A stretch of DNA of 64,000 nt from an uncultured Eubacteriales bacterium (GCA_964449165.1 CAYVAT010000001.1:79159-143158), one strand, 5' to 3'; counted from the first letter of the stretch, positions 20,478 to 30,051 are shown. The notes: generated from the sequence alone by a model not told the origin. Program-made: numbers and translations.

Positions 20478-21143
20478 TTACTGGAACACTTTCTGGAAGA
20501 TATCAACAAGGTCGAGTGCGTATTCAACCTCGCTCAGAGGTATTCCCTTGTTTTCTGCTATGGTAGTGAAGCGTCCGTCCTGGTTGCCGTCTTTTGTGAT
20601 GATAAGATAGTCAGCATAAGGAGCCACTGCATCAATCATCCGCTCGTTGTCGCTTCCCGGAGCCCCTCTTTTTGAGGTGCCTCCGACATGCACACCGATG
20701 ATGAAGATTCCCTTCTCCTTGCAGTAGTCGATGATCTTTTTCAATCGGCTCACCTCCGCATCAACGGTCAGGCCTGATGCTCCCATGCCTTTCAGGCTGG
20801 CACCGATAGCGAAGATTACTGTCTTGTAAGGAGTGCCAGCGGGATAATTTTCGAGATCAGTATGGACTTCCACATGGAATCCGGGACCTGATTCTTTGCC
20901 AGCCAGGCCGACTCCAGCTTCTATCATATCAACGGTGGGAACGTCGCAATAATCATATGTTATACCTGCTTCATCCAGAACGATGTTAACGGTGGTCACA
21001 TCCGGACTCTGACCAGCAGAGGTGGTGAGGATGGGTTGCTGAGCTTTGGGTACTTCTGTTTCCGCCAAAATTGGAGCGGATAGAAAGATGAAAGTTACTA
21101 AACCAAGCACAAAATACAAACTCCATCCGGTTAAATTTTTCAT
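20478..21143 (-). CDS. Hypothetical secreted protein (last gene of a peptidase operon)
   Basis: Signal peptide and a good SD (AAGGGGGATG). Co-directional, 80 nt downstream of the C69 dipeptidase gene. No family recognised. Confidence 0.5.
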   Translation of the reverse strand: MKNLTGWSLYFVLGLVTFIFLSAPILAETEVPKAQQPILTTSAGQSPDVTTVNIVLDEAGITYDYCDVPTVDMIEAGVGLAGKESGPGFHVEVHTDLENYPAGTPYKTVIFAIGASLKGMGASGLTVDAEVSRLKKIIDYCKEKGIFIIGVHVGGTSKRGAPGSDNERMIDAVAPYADYLIITKDGNQDGRFTTIAENKGIPLSEVEYALDLVDIFQKVFQ

Positions 21144-21224
21144 GTCATCCCCCTTTTATGTATGATATCTTGGATTGAAGAATTTATAACCAAAATGAGA
21201 ATTCTCATGCGGCTTTCTCTCTTG

Positions 21225-23000
21225 TTAGTTATGTTCTGTTACAGATCGCGGCTCGAGCTTTTGTTGTTCGATGATAATCCGGAGCCACCAGTCAGGATAT
21301 TGGATGGTTTTTCTCTCTCTGGTTTCCGGGTTATAGATGAAGAGATGGTTATATTTGACCAGCAGCTGGTCGCCCAGTTCCCACCAAGCCTTGATGACCA
21401 TCTCTGCATTGTTCAGGCAGTAAGTGGTTAGGAATTTTCTTGCCAGGTCAGGATCTTGCTTGTAGAGCTCCAAAGCAGCCTTGTCGATAGCCGCAGTGTT
21501 TTTCAGGGCCGGTTTTTCCCACTTTTCCCGGGCTTTTTTCACGTCTTCGATAGCCAGTGAATAAGCGACCTGGGTGTGAAAGCCGACATAATCAAACGCC
21601 CAGCGTGCAGAGTTTCTGTCAAGGATAAAGTGGTCTCCGATTTCGAAAGATTTGGGTATCCCGGTTATCCCCGCGCCATAAAGGGGCATGAAGCAGGAGG
21701 TATCCTGAGCGCCCCAGGCAAGCCAGACGATTCCTCCGATGGGATTGGGAAGCCATCCTCTCGACTGGGTAACAGTGACATATTCGGCACGGTTGTCGCT
21801 GATAAATCTTTTGGTATCCCAGGTCTTTCCGTCAAATTTATAGGGCCTGGTCAGATAGTTGGGATTGGAGAAAGGTCCGGCCTGGAGGGTCTCTCTCAAG
21901 TCGAAATGAGTTCCCTCGTATTTATCCCGGGTGAGGCGCATGACATCCTCCACAGACAATTTCTTATCCGGTTTAACAGAAAACGGAAAATCCATGTTGG
22001 GAACATCCGGGCTGAATTTTTTGGAGGGGGCCACCAGATCGAAGAATCTCCACAGGCGGCCATGCCATCCATGGGTGCTGTTTGCGCTTCCTTCAGTTGG
22101 AGAATAGGCTTTTTTCCAGTTGAAAGGTTCACCGCTTTGCGGATCATAGTATCCGTTCTCTACGGCATAGGAGATAACGTTGGGTGATGCCATGAAATAA
22201 TCGGGTTTATTGAGGTCGATCTCTCCGATTCTTGACTCGTTGGGACAGACGCTGACATGGTCATCCGGTACGCGCTGGGCACACCAGATGGCTCCTGGTT
22301 TTCCGATTTTTGGATTCCACAAAGATCCCGCAGGCATGATTTCGAAGATCCATACCTCGTCGGGGTCAGCCACAGCCAGCATCTCTCCATAATCGGTATG
22401 CCCATATCCATGCTCTTCGGCTAAAGAGCCCATGAGCTTGATAGCTTCTCTTGCGGTCTTGCACCTTTCCATAGCCAGCAGTGTGAGCATGGTGATGTCG
22501 AATTTGGGTGTACCTGTCAGGTTGTTCATCTTGGGGCGGCTGCCGATTGTGGATTCTCCTATTGCCAATTGTTGATCGTTCATGTACCCAAACGCCCCGT
22601 GCACATAGGCATGTGTGTGCTCGAGCTGGGGAATTTCAAGGCCTGTAAAATTCTTCTCGTAAACCACATCCCATTTTAATCCTTCCTCAGGCGGAAAAGT
22701 TTTGAACTGGTTAATATGGTAGATTTTACGCATGGAACCTGGTTCATGATCTGCTGCAGGGATGTAGCGCCAGGTCCAATCACAGACACCGCAGTCACAT
22801 GTGTGAGTTGTGATGACAGAGCCATCGACAGATGCATTTTTTCCTACGATGATCACAGTACACCCTTCGCTCGGACTGTTTGTGACTAGGCATTCATCTT
22901 GCTCCCCCTGAGAATCCGTTAGAGAGAAAGCACCAAAGAGGCCCAGTGAAAGAAATAAAATACAAATGATCATAAAGAATTTTTTTGGATTCATGTTCAC
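21225..23000 (-). CDS. C69 family dipeptidase (Ntn-hydrolase), secreted
   Basis: After the signal peptide, ...EGCTVIIVGKNASVDGSVITTHTCDC is the canonical N-terminal nucleophile Cys context of peptidase C69. A strong AGGAGG ribosome-binding site is present. Confidence 0.75.
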   Translation of the reverse strand: MNMNPKKFFMIICILFLSLGLFGAFSLTDSQGEQDECLVTNSPSEGCTVIIVGKNASVDGSVITTHTCDCGVCDWTWRYIPAADHEPGSMRKIYHINQFKTFPPEEGLKWDVVYEKNFTGLEIPQLEHTHAYVHGAFGYMNDQQLAIGESTIGSRPKMNNLTGTPKFDITMLTLLAMERCKTAREAIKLMGSLAEEHGYGHTDYGEMLAVADPDEVWIFEIMPAGSLWNPKIGKPGAIWCAQRVPDDHVSVCPNESRIGEIDLNKPDYFMASPNVISYAVENGYYDPQSGEPFNWKKAYSPTEGSANSTHGWHGRLWRFFDLVAPSKKFSPDVPNMDFPFSVKPDKKLSVEDVMRLTRDKYEGTHFDLRETLQAGPFSNPNYLTRPYKFDGKTWDTKRFISDNRAEYVTVTQSRGWLPNPIGGIVWLAWGAQDTSCFMPLYGAGITGIPKSFEIGDHFILDRNSARWAFDYVGFHTQVAYSLAIEDVKKAREKWEKPALKNTAAIDKAALELYKQDPDLARKFLTTYCLNNAEMVIKAWWELGDQLLVKYNHLFIYNPETRERKTIQYPDWWLRIIIEQQKLEPRSVTEHN

Positions 23001-23122
23001 CTCCTAAAAATTATATGTCAGCAGGAGCAAAAGGCTTTCCTTGCTTCTTTTTGATTTGTATGTTCTCTGTTCAGACCTGACATAATGAAGAGATATTATA
23101 CACAAAATCAAAAGAAGAGCCA

Positions 23123-24286
23123 CTAGTTGTAGTAAATATTAACCTTGTCCGCTTTCTCAGGATTATGGAAGTAATGTCCAACTCCATTCTTAACCACCTC
23201 TGCATAGCGAGGGACATTGCGGACTCGAATCGCTCTATCTGGAAATTTTCTCGAATACTGATGCATAATCTCCAAAACCACCGAACAGTGCTGACCGACG
23301 CGTTTTGCCATGGGCCATCCTGTCTCATCATAAGGAACAAACAGCTTTTTCTTTTTGGAAAGGCTGAGCAGGAATGGATCCTTTCCGTCAAGGAGTAATT
23401 TCTCCGTCTTAGGCCCGGTGGGCTGATCCAGGAAGGGGATAGGAGCTTCCAGAAGAAAAGGCAATGTATCGGAGTAGTCTCCAATTTCTCGGTGAGAAAG
23501 GCCTCGAAATCCAGAAGGAGAGGGTTCCACATGATTGTCAAATCCCTCCCTGGCCTTTACAGTGAGAGAGCTCATGGTGGCGATTCTTATCGATTTTTCC
23601 GGAGCCACGATACAGTTGGTCACAGGAAACATAGTTTCTGCCCCATGGATGTCAAAGGCGATGTCTACCTTTCCTATCCTCATGATCTGCATCGCACCAT
23701 AGGTGACCTTCTCCATCAGCGGCCCGTTGGGTCGGCCAGGCCATGTCCTGTTAGTGTTCCTCACGTCGATGTAAGAGAGAAGCTGTCTTTCGGGATAGTG
23801 GATATAGACATCGGGATCGGGCCATTGGTCCAGAGGAGCGGCATTGCGGTTTCCCATCCTAAATTTTTTACGGCCCCATTCCGTAGATATCTCAAAATAG
23901 AGGGGATAGCCATCTCCTGGTTTGGTGTTGCGGCTTCCGCTGTTGTTGAAACAGGGAATGATGATCAGGGTGCCCTTATCGACGACGGCGTTTTCGATGA
24001 ACACGAGGGCGGTCAGCAATGCAGAAGGCTCATTGGAGTGGGTATTGGCGATGATGATTGCTTTTCCGCCTTCTTCTTTTCCCTCGAGGAAAAAAACGTT
24101 GGTCTCCGCTGTGGTTTTCCTCAGGCCTTTGGAATATTCGCTCAACTTGGTAACCTTGCTCACTCCCGGCCCTGCCACGATGGGAATCTTATAATGGCGG
24201 TGGCTGTAGAATTGGATACTCGCTGGGACCATAAAAACAACCACGATAAATATCATCACTAATTTTATTTTCCATTCTTCAGCCAT
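23123..24286 (-). CDS. M14-like zinc carboxypeptidase / succinylglutamate desuccinylase-aspartoacylase family protein, N-terminal membrane anchor
   Basis: AIIIANTHSNEP...IIPCFNNSG resembles the Zn-binding HxxE region of the AstE/AspA and M14 fold. The probable start is the ATG at 24286 (MAEEWKIK...), preceded by AAGGAGG. The track start at 24307 is a TTG. Confidence 0.55.
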   Translation of the reverse strand: MAEEWKIKLVMIFIVVVFMVPASIQFYSHRHYKIPIVAGPGVSKVTKLSEYSKGLRKTTAETNVFFLEGKEEGGKAIIIANTHSNEPSALLTALVFIENAVVDKGTLIIIPCFNNSGSRNTKPGDGYPLYFEISTEWGRKKFRMGNRNAAPLDQWPDPDVYIHYPERQLLSYIDVRNTNRTWPGRPNGPLMEKVTYGAMQIMRIGKVDIAFDIHGAETMFPVTNCIVAPEKSIRIATMSSLTVKAREGFDNHVEPSPSGFRGLSHREIGDYSDTLPFLLEAPIPFLDQPTGPKTEKLLLDGKDPFLLSLSKKKKLFVPYDETGWPMAKRVGQHCSVVLEIMHQYSRKFPDRAIRVRNVPRYAEVVKNGVGHYFHNPEKADKVNIYYN

Positions 24287-24348
24287 GTGTCCTCTTTCCT
24301 CCTTCAATCATTTGTTTGAGGAATCAAAGATATCATTAAAGCTCAAGC

Positions 24349-24504
24349 TTAGCGTATTCTGAGCAGACGCAAAATAAGGGGTATGAGAACCAGCAGATAA
24401 AGAATCATGTTGTTGACGCTCTTTTTTTCTCGGATAAAGTTCCAGATAAGCAAGGCTGCTATATAAGCACTTATCAGGTAATAGAGGATCATGATTATGG
24501 GCAT
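24349..24504 (-). CDS. Small hydrophobic protein (51 aa, MPIIMILYYLISAYIAALLIWNF...)
   Basis: A GGAGG ribosome-binding site lies 7 nt upstream of the ATG at 24504, and the ORF begins 11 nt after the upstream transporter's TGA. The 71-aa track ORF at 24564 is an in-frame 5' extension that overlaps the transporter. Confidence 0.4.
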   Translation of the reverse strand: MPIIMILYYLISAYIAALLIWNFIREKKSVNNMILYLLVLIPLILRLLRIR

Positions 24505-24517
24505 GATATCACCTCCA

Positions 24518-25846
24518 TCACATGCTCCAACGCACCAGAAACTCCAAGTGCGCACTGAAGACAATCATCAATATTCCTACCACAGTAATAACTAGCCAGG
24601 GGATCCAGGTGGCTTTCAGGAATCTCCAATAAGAATCTTTATATTCCGAGACCATGACACTGAGCCTGCCGATTAGAGCGGTGGGTGGAAGGCCATCGCC
24701 AAGCGGCCATAATAAGCTCAGTCCTGCAATAACTACCGTGGCATGCAGTCCGATAGAGTCCAAAAACCATACCAGAGGTATCCCAAAAACAGCGGCTGCT
24801 CCATAAGTCAAAACGCCCTCGGATAAAGGAATGAGTACAGCCAAGGAGATAAAAAGTGCGATGAGAGGAGTACTGACGACCGCAAACGAGAGCATGCCCC
24901 TGACGCCCGTAGTTGTCATGATCTGCTGGAGCATGCCCACGACAATCATGGTGGCCAGCAGCGGAAGGAGACGCTTCATGGTTTCTCTGGACAGCCTAAA
25001 GATGTTGATTTTCTTCGGGCTGAGCAGAAGAGCAACGACTCCGGCGATAGTAAACTCAAGGGGCAGTCCCAGGATGGGAACAGAAAAGGGCCAGATCCTG
25101 TAAGCAATGATTAGGCCAAAAAAGATCAGGAAGGGCAGGAGGATTCGCCACCAGCTCATCTTTTCCGGCACTTTGGGCATCTCTTCGAGGGCCCTCTCCA
25201 GGTTCATATCGCCTTCCTTTTTCCATCCGAGAGTAAGGACAGTAAAAGTTCCTAGAATAAGAACAGGAATGCCAAGGGGAAGCTCAAAACCTACATAGGG
25301 AATGGCTGTTCCGGCACAGGTGATCATGGCCCAGATGTTCACCGGCGGTGCTGCTGCGCTTAACCCTGCGACGATGAAAAGGATAGCTGCCACTCTTCTC
25401 CTTGGAATTCCGAGATATTCCAGAGCAAGCGCGATGGGCGCTCCCACAACCAACAGAGAAACACTTCCTGCGCCGGTGAGGGCTCCTGGAATGAGGATGA
25501 TGACCATCAGGACGAGAAGAGCAATGATTCGTCTGTTATAAAGATATTTTATGGTTCCCCTCACGACATAGTTCACACCTCCGGACTCACTGATAATGGC
25601 CATGAAAATTGTGGCTGTGGAGAAAACCAGGATGACGTCCAGATAGGTGAAAGAACCTTCTATGAGATGGCGAGGCAGTTGATCTATGGGCGGTGTCTTG
25701 ATCAATGCTCCCGCAAGGCCTCCTGCCAGTGCGGCCGACAGCATGCTTAATTCAACAGAGAGTTTTCTCCAGCTGGCCAAAGCATAGGCACAGGCCATGA
25801 CGAAGAGGATTATTCCGATTTGGAGAGAGGCACTCTGCAGAGACAT
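24518..25846 (-). CDS. Polytopic membrane transporter-like protein (possibly TctA/DUF112-like)
   Basis: 442 aa with about 12 hydrophobic segments and a GxxPGxxxG-like motif (LIPGALTGAGS). Family assignment is tentative. Confidence 0.5.
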   Translation of the reverse strand: MSLQSASLQIGIILFVMACAYALASWRKLSVELSMLSAALAGGLAGALIKTPPIDQLPRHLIEGSFTYLDVILVFSTATIFMAIISESGGVNYVVRGTIKYLYNRRIIALLVLMVIILIPGALTGAGSVSLLVVGAPIALALEYLGIPRRRVAAILFIVAGLSAAAPPVNIWAMITCAGTAIPYVGFELPLGIPVLILGTFTVLTLGWKKEGDMNLERALEEMPKVPEKMSWWRILLPFLIFFGLIIAYRIWPFSVPILGLPLEFTIAGVVALLLSPKKINIFRLSRETMKRLLPLLATMIVVGMLQQIMTTTGVRGMLSFAVVSTPLIALFISLAVLIPLSEGVLTYGAAAVFGIPLVWFLDSIGLHATVVIAGLSLLWPLGDGLPPTALIGRLSVMVSEYKDSYWRFLKATWIPWLVITVVGILMIVFSAHLEFLVRWSM

Positions 25847-25950
25847 ATTCTTAAATACTCAGCAATTTTAACCTTCGCATTTCGTATTAGTCAAGGAAAA
25901 CAGAGAAAAAAGAACAAGAGGCGGGAGCATCCCAAAACCGAAATGCAGTA

Positions 25951-26135
25951 CTAGTCAGGTAAGCTAATTCGTTAGTCTACGGATTTTCCCAAGCGATGAA
26001 AATCCGCTTATTCCTCGGAGCATCGGTTCCTATCCATCCTCGCCAAGACCCTCCCACCCACCACTATGGGCTTCGGATGGAAATGAACCATGCCTGCTTG
26101 CCTGCGGATGACTTGCTCCTAAGCTTACCTGACTG
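25951..26135. ncRNA. Candidate structured RNA (about 185 nt) closed by a 13-bp perfect terminal helix; class unknown (6S-like length)
   Basis: AGTCAGGTAAGCT at 25953-25965 pairs with AGCTTACCTGACT at 26122-26134. An internal 9-bp hairpin runs 25980-26006 (cGGATTTTC...GAAAATCCg). An imperfect long arm pairs 26021-26039 with 26075-26092. The region lies in a 450-bp divergent intergenic gap. Strand is undetermined. Confidence 0.2.
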
Positions 26136-26291
26136 TTGTTGAAACTGTCACGGAACTGAGGATGTTTATTCCCTACATTTGTTTTTCCATTTACCAAAAA
26201 ATCTGGTAAACTAACTCCCAATATATCCTAATGGGCAGATACTTGAAAAGAGATATTACAACTTCTGGACATTTAAGATGGAGGATCGACC

Positions 26292-26489
26292 TTGACTAAA
26301 TTTTTTCTTTGGCTGATTTTACTGGTGATTTGCTGGCCGCTGGCCCTTTTGGCTCTCCTCTTGTATCCGATTGTCTGGATTCTTCTCCTTCCTTTCCGCC
26401 TCATCGGCATCACAGTGGATGCTGTGTTCCAGCTGTTGAAAGCAATCATCATGCTTCCAGCCAGGGTCTTGAGGGGATCAGGAAGATAA
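26292..26489 (+). CDS. Small 2-TM membrane protein (65 aa), possibly PLDc_N-like
   Basis: TTG start with a GGAGG ribosome-binding site 8 nt upstream. It is highly hydrophobic (FLWLILLVICWPLALLALLLYPIVWILLLPF). The stop lies 5 nt before the DUF2207 ATG. Confidence 0.45.
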   Translation: MTKFFLWLILLVICWPLALLALLLYPIVWILLLPFRLIGITVDAVFQLLKAIIMLPARVLRGSGR

Positions 26490-26494
26490 GAGCA

Positions 26495-28345
26495 ATGTAC
26501 AGAGTATGCCTCTTGAGAACACGTGTCTGGTTCTTATTGGCCTTGGCTTCTCTTGTTTTTCTCATCTGTCCGATTGAGGCGCAGGCGAAGAGTTTCTATT
26601 TTCCAGAAGTTCGCATCGAGGTTCAGATTGAGCGTAACGGCTCATTCACTGTCGATGAATACAGGACATACGATTTTCAAGGGGAGTTTTCCTGGGCCAC
26701 TTTGTGGATTCCACTCCAGGTGAAAAGGGATGGATACAGCTACCAGGTCGCAGTTGAGGAATTTCAGGTTTATGATGAGAGGGACCGTTCTTTGGAAAAG
26801 GAGATTTCGCAAGGCAGAGGAAGATTTGAGGCCAAATGGTACTACAACGCCTTGAACACCCGCCGGACGTTCCACATCCATTATCGGATAAGAGGAGGGA
26901 TTACGAGTTATCCTGATGTTTCGGAGCTTTACTGGCAAATCATAGGCAAAGGATGGGACAGACCCACCCAATATGTAACCATCAATGTCCATCTTCCTGA
27001 TGCTGTCGTCAACAGAGATGATATTCTGGTCTATGGCCATGGACCTCTTTCTGGAAGGTCGGAAATAGTGGATCGGCAGACAGCCCGGTTTATCGTGACC
27101 AGCCTTCCCTCCCACCAGTTTGTGGAAATCCGGATGGTATGGCCGTCCGGGATGGTTGCCGGTGTTCCTTCAAACCGCCATTCCCTCCAGTCCATCCGCC
27201 AGGAGGAGGCTCAATTCGTCCAAGATACTATCTCCAAGATCAAGCAAGCCCAAGAAGCAAGAGAAAGAAAGAGGAGAACACTGCGTCTTTTGCTCCTTAT
27301 CTGGGGAGTCTGGCTTATTGTCGGCTCCTTGATCTGGCTTCTCATCTATGTTCATTACTGGAAAAGAGTGGGCAAGGATTACCGGTTTGAAGATATCCCC
27401 AGATATTCCCGTGAGCCGCCATCCAAGCTGACACCTGCTTTGGTAGAAGTTTTGCTGCGTGAAGGAGGCATGGCAACGCCTCTAGCGTTTACGGCAACTC
27501 TTTTCGACTTAGCCAGGCGGGGTTATCTGGAATTGGAGGACCATTTTGTGGAGAAGAAGAGGATTTTTGGCACCAAGAAGGAGATAAAGACCACTGTGAC
27601 CCTGAAGAAAAACTTCATGGAAGATCCTGGATTGTTTCCTTATGAGCTGGAGTTTTTAAAACTCCTGTTTTTGACCGTCAGCAGTCTGGGAAGCCAGAAA
27701 GATGCAAGATTGGAACTGGACGAATTGAAGCACTATCTTGAGAAAAAACCCCGGGACTTCCAGAAGTGGTACAAAAAGTGGCAGAAGATGGTCGATGAAG
27801 AGGCGAAAAAGCTGGAATTCATCGAACCCAAAAGTAGGAGGATCAAGAATGTTTTCCTGGTATCGACTCTTCCTGTAGCCAGCCTTACCCTCAATCTTGT
27901 GCTTCTTGTTCTGGCTGTCATATTAGTTCCGAAAATCAAACGAAGGGAAATCCATTGGGCCAGGGAAAATGAATTATGGAGAGCCATGGAGCGCTTTCTA
28001 GACGATTTTTCAAGCTTCGAGGAGCTGCCTCCAGAGTCCTATAAACTGTGGGAGCATTACCTTGTCTTTGGCATCGTCTTCGGGAATGCCAAGAAAATAC
28101 TCAAAATGCTTCCAATTATCCTTAAAGATGAACGAGCTGTGGCACCCGCATGGTATTATGGATTCAATCGAGCCGTATTTGCCAGCACGGGGCGCATCGA
28201 AAGCATGGTCAGCAGCATCGAGTCGATGTCTACCTCCATACAGCAGGCCAGTGCTTCTGCTGCACATTACTCCTCAGGCGGAGGAGGAGGATTCAGTGGC
28301 GGAGGCGGTGGCGGCGGAGGCGGTGGCGGAGGCTCTGCCGGCTAA
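26495..28345 (+). CDS. DUF2207-family membrane protein with a C-terminal polyglycine tail
   Basis: The start at MYRVCLL is preceded by GGAAG. It has a signal/TM segment, an extracellular domain, a mid-protein TM region, and a C-terminus GGGGGFSGGGGGGGGGGGGSAG, which is characteristic of DUF2207/YciQ-like proteins. The track ORF at 26309 is an artefactual upstream extension. Confidence 0.6.
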   Translation: MYRVCLLRTRVWFLLALASLVFLICPIEAQAKSFYFPEVRIEVQIERNGSFTVDEYRTYDFQGEFSWATLWIPLQVKRDGYSYQVAVEEFQVYDERDRSLEKEISQGRGRFEAKWYYNALNTRRTFHIHYRIRGGITSYPDVSELYWQIIGKGWDRPTQYVTINVHLPDAVVNRDDILVYGHGPLSGRSEIVDRQTARFIVTSLPSHQFVEIRMVWPSGMVAGVPSNRHSLQSIRQEEAQFVQDTISKIKQAQEARERKRRTLRLLLLIWGVWLIVGSLIWLLIYVHYWKRVGKDYRFEDIPRYSREPPSKLTPALVEVLLREGGMATPLAFTATLFDLARRGYLELEDHFVEKKRIFGTKKEIKTTVTLKKNFMEDPGLFPYELEFLKLLFLTVSSLGSQKDARLELDELKHYLEKKPRDFQKWYKKWQKMVDEEAKKLEFIEPKSRRIKNVFLVSTLPVASLTLNLVLLVLAVILVPKIKRREIHWARENELWRAMERFLDDFSSFEELPPESYKLWEHYLVFGIVFGNAKKILKMLPIILKDERAVAPAWYYGFNRAVFASTGRIESMVSSIESMSTSIQQASASAAHYSSGGGGGFSGGGGGGGGGGGGSAG

Positions 28346-28357
28346 GTTACACCGACC

Positions 28358-28675
28358 TTATTCATCGAATTGAATAAATTCAACAGGAGCACCGTTTTCA
28401 ATGATAAAGGCCACAGTCATTCCTTCTGAAGGGCTGTTCGGTTCGATAAGGATTTCTTTCCCTTTAAGTTCAGCCGCCAGATCATCGACTTGGAAAGCCA
28501 CATGGGGTATGGTTTTAACGAGCTCAGGCAGGGGAGACTCCTCCTCAAACCTCATCCATTCGATTCCGTAAAGGCTGTTCTTGTATCCAGAAACGTACAT
28601 CTTATATTCTGGAAAGTAGGTTTCGTTTTCACGCGGGATTTTGGTCGGTATGCCGATATGATGATATTTTCTCAT
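28358..28675 (-). CDS. VOC/glyoxalase-fold small protein
   Basis: HHIGIPT and IPHVAFQVDD motifs. Its start overlaps the permease stop as ATGA. Confidence 0.45.
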   Translation of the reverse strand: MRKYHHIGIPTKIPRENETYFPEYKMYVSGYKNSLYGIEWMRFEEESPLPELVKTIPHVAFQVDDLAAELKGKEILIEPNSPSEGMTVAFIIENGAPVEFIQFDE

Positions 28676-30051
28676 CGCTCGATCCCAGATTCAGAATTGT
28701 TCCTGGCTTTTCCTCCCCACCTCTTAATCCAGAGATAATAAAAGGGGATTCCCAGACTCACCGTCAGAACAGCGGCCGTGGATTCCAATGGCCTGTTGAG
28801 ATAATTGAAGATCATCAGAATCAGGCTGCTGGCCAGGAAAAAGATGGGAACCAAGGGATATCCCCATGCCTTCACTGCAGACTTCTCACCGATTTTCTTT
28901 TTGCGGGCGCTGAACAATCCAGCCACCGCAAGCCAGGGAAAAATTCCCAAGGCAAAGCCCAGGTAAATCAGTAGCTGTTCAAAAGACCCGATGGCTACCA
29001 TCAGGATTGCTATAGCACCCTGAACAAGAATTGATCTTCCTGGAACTCTGTAGCGGGGATGCACTCTGGAAGCAAAGGGGAGGAAGAGCCGATCTTTGGC
29101 CATAGCAAAGTAAACCCGCGGGCCGATGATGATGTAGGCACTTAGGGATGAAAGAAGGGCAAATCCGATGAGAAAGCTGATTGATTTACCCATCCACTCC
29201 CCAAAAGCTTTGACTGAGGCTGCTTCCACTACAGGGATAACTCCTCTCAATTCAGAATAGGGAACAGCATTGAATATGAAGATGTTTATTATAATGTAAA
29301 GAAAAATGACGATACCAGTTCCGGCAATCAAAGAAAGAGGCAATGTCCGTTTGGGTCGTTTGAGTTCTCCAGCTATATAAGCGCTTGCATTCCATCCGCT
29401 GTAGGAAAACATCACCAGCATCATAGCTGTCCCGAGGGCTATGCCTTTAAACGGTTCGTTTGTATCAGAAGTGAGATTTGAGAAATTTCCCTTTCCCAAA
29501 GCCAATCCTGTTGTTGCCAGTCCAAAGACTATGATTATTTTCAGAAGGGTCAGCGTATTTTGAACCTTTGATCCCAATCGGAGGCCCAAGTAGTGCAAGA
29601 AGGTAAAAATAAGGATGAGAATTATGGCAGATGCTTTCTTGAAGAAGGTAATTTGTGCGGGGGTTAAGGCCAAGAGATGTGGATTTAATCCTGCGAAAAT
29701 GTACTCGGCAAAGCTTATGGCTGAAGCAGCGATAGGTGCGGAGAAGCCTGCAAAGAGACTTGTCCATCCGGTCAGGAACCCGAGCGCTGGATGATAAAGC
29801 CTTTTGAGGTAGATGTATTCTCCACCAGCCACAGGCATTCGGGTCGCCAACTCTGCGTAACAGAGAGCACCGCAGATAGCGATCAGGCCTCCGAAAAGCC
29901 AGCAAAAAATCACCCAGCCAGGACCAGGGAGTTGAGAAGCCATTATCCCGGATGTAGTAAAAATACCTGCTCCGATCATATTGGCCACAACTATGGCCGT
30001 GGCAGAGAAAGGTCCCAGCTTCCTTTCCAGCGAGATATGTTGAGAGGGCAT
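28672..30051 (-). CDS. APC-family amino acid permease
   Basis: About 12 TM segments; N-terminal ATAIVVANMIGAGIFTTSG. 459 aa. Confidence 0.8.
   Translation of the reverse strand: MPSQHISLERKLGPFSATAIVVANMIGAGIFTTSGIMASQLPGPGWVIFCWLFGGLIAICGALCYAELATRMPVAGGEYIYLKRLYHPALGFLTGWTSLFAGFSAPIAASAISFAEYIFAGLNPHLLALTPAQITFFKKASAIILILIFTFLHYLGLRLGSKVQNTLTLLKIIIVFGLATTGLALGKGNFSNLTSDTNEPFKGIALGTAMMLVMFSYSGWNASAYIAGELKRPKRTLPLSLIAGTGIVIFLYIIINIFIFNAVPYSELRGVIPVVEAASVKAFGEWMGKSISFLIGFALLSSLSAYIIIGPRVYFAMAKDRLFLPFASRVHPRYRVPGRSILVQGAIAILMVAIGSFEQLLIYLGFALGIFPWLAVAGLFSARKKKIGEKSAVKAWGYPLVPIFFLASSLILMIFNYLNRPLESTAAVLTVSLGIPFYYLWIKRWGGKARNNSESGIER

Noticed and set aside
21576-24262. ORFs 21576-22187(+), 23071-23541(-), 23492-24262(+), 23922-24194(+)
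   Set aside because: They are antisense or out-of-frame overlaps of the C69 and M14-like genes.
26309-26494. 5' extension of the 678-aa ORF (MADFTGDLLAAGPFG...)
   Set aside because: It is the alternative frame of the small membrane-protein gene. That gene has its own RBS, and the DUF2207 Met (MYRVCLL) sits 5 nt after its stop. The extension has no signal peptide, and it would place one ahead of an internal signal peptide.
28283-28336. GGC/GGA-rich triplet repeat
   Set aside because: It is in frame inside the DUF2207 CDS and simply encodes the polyglycine tail. It is not an intergenic VNTR or repeat array.
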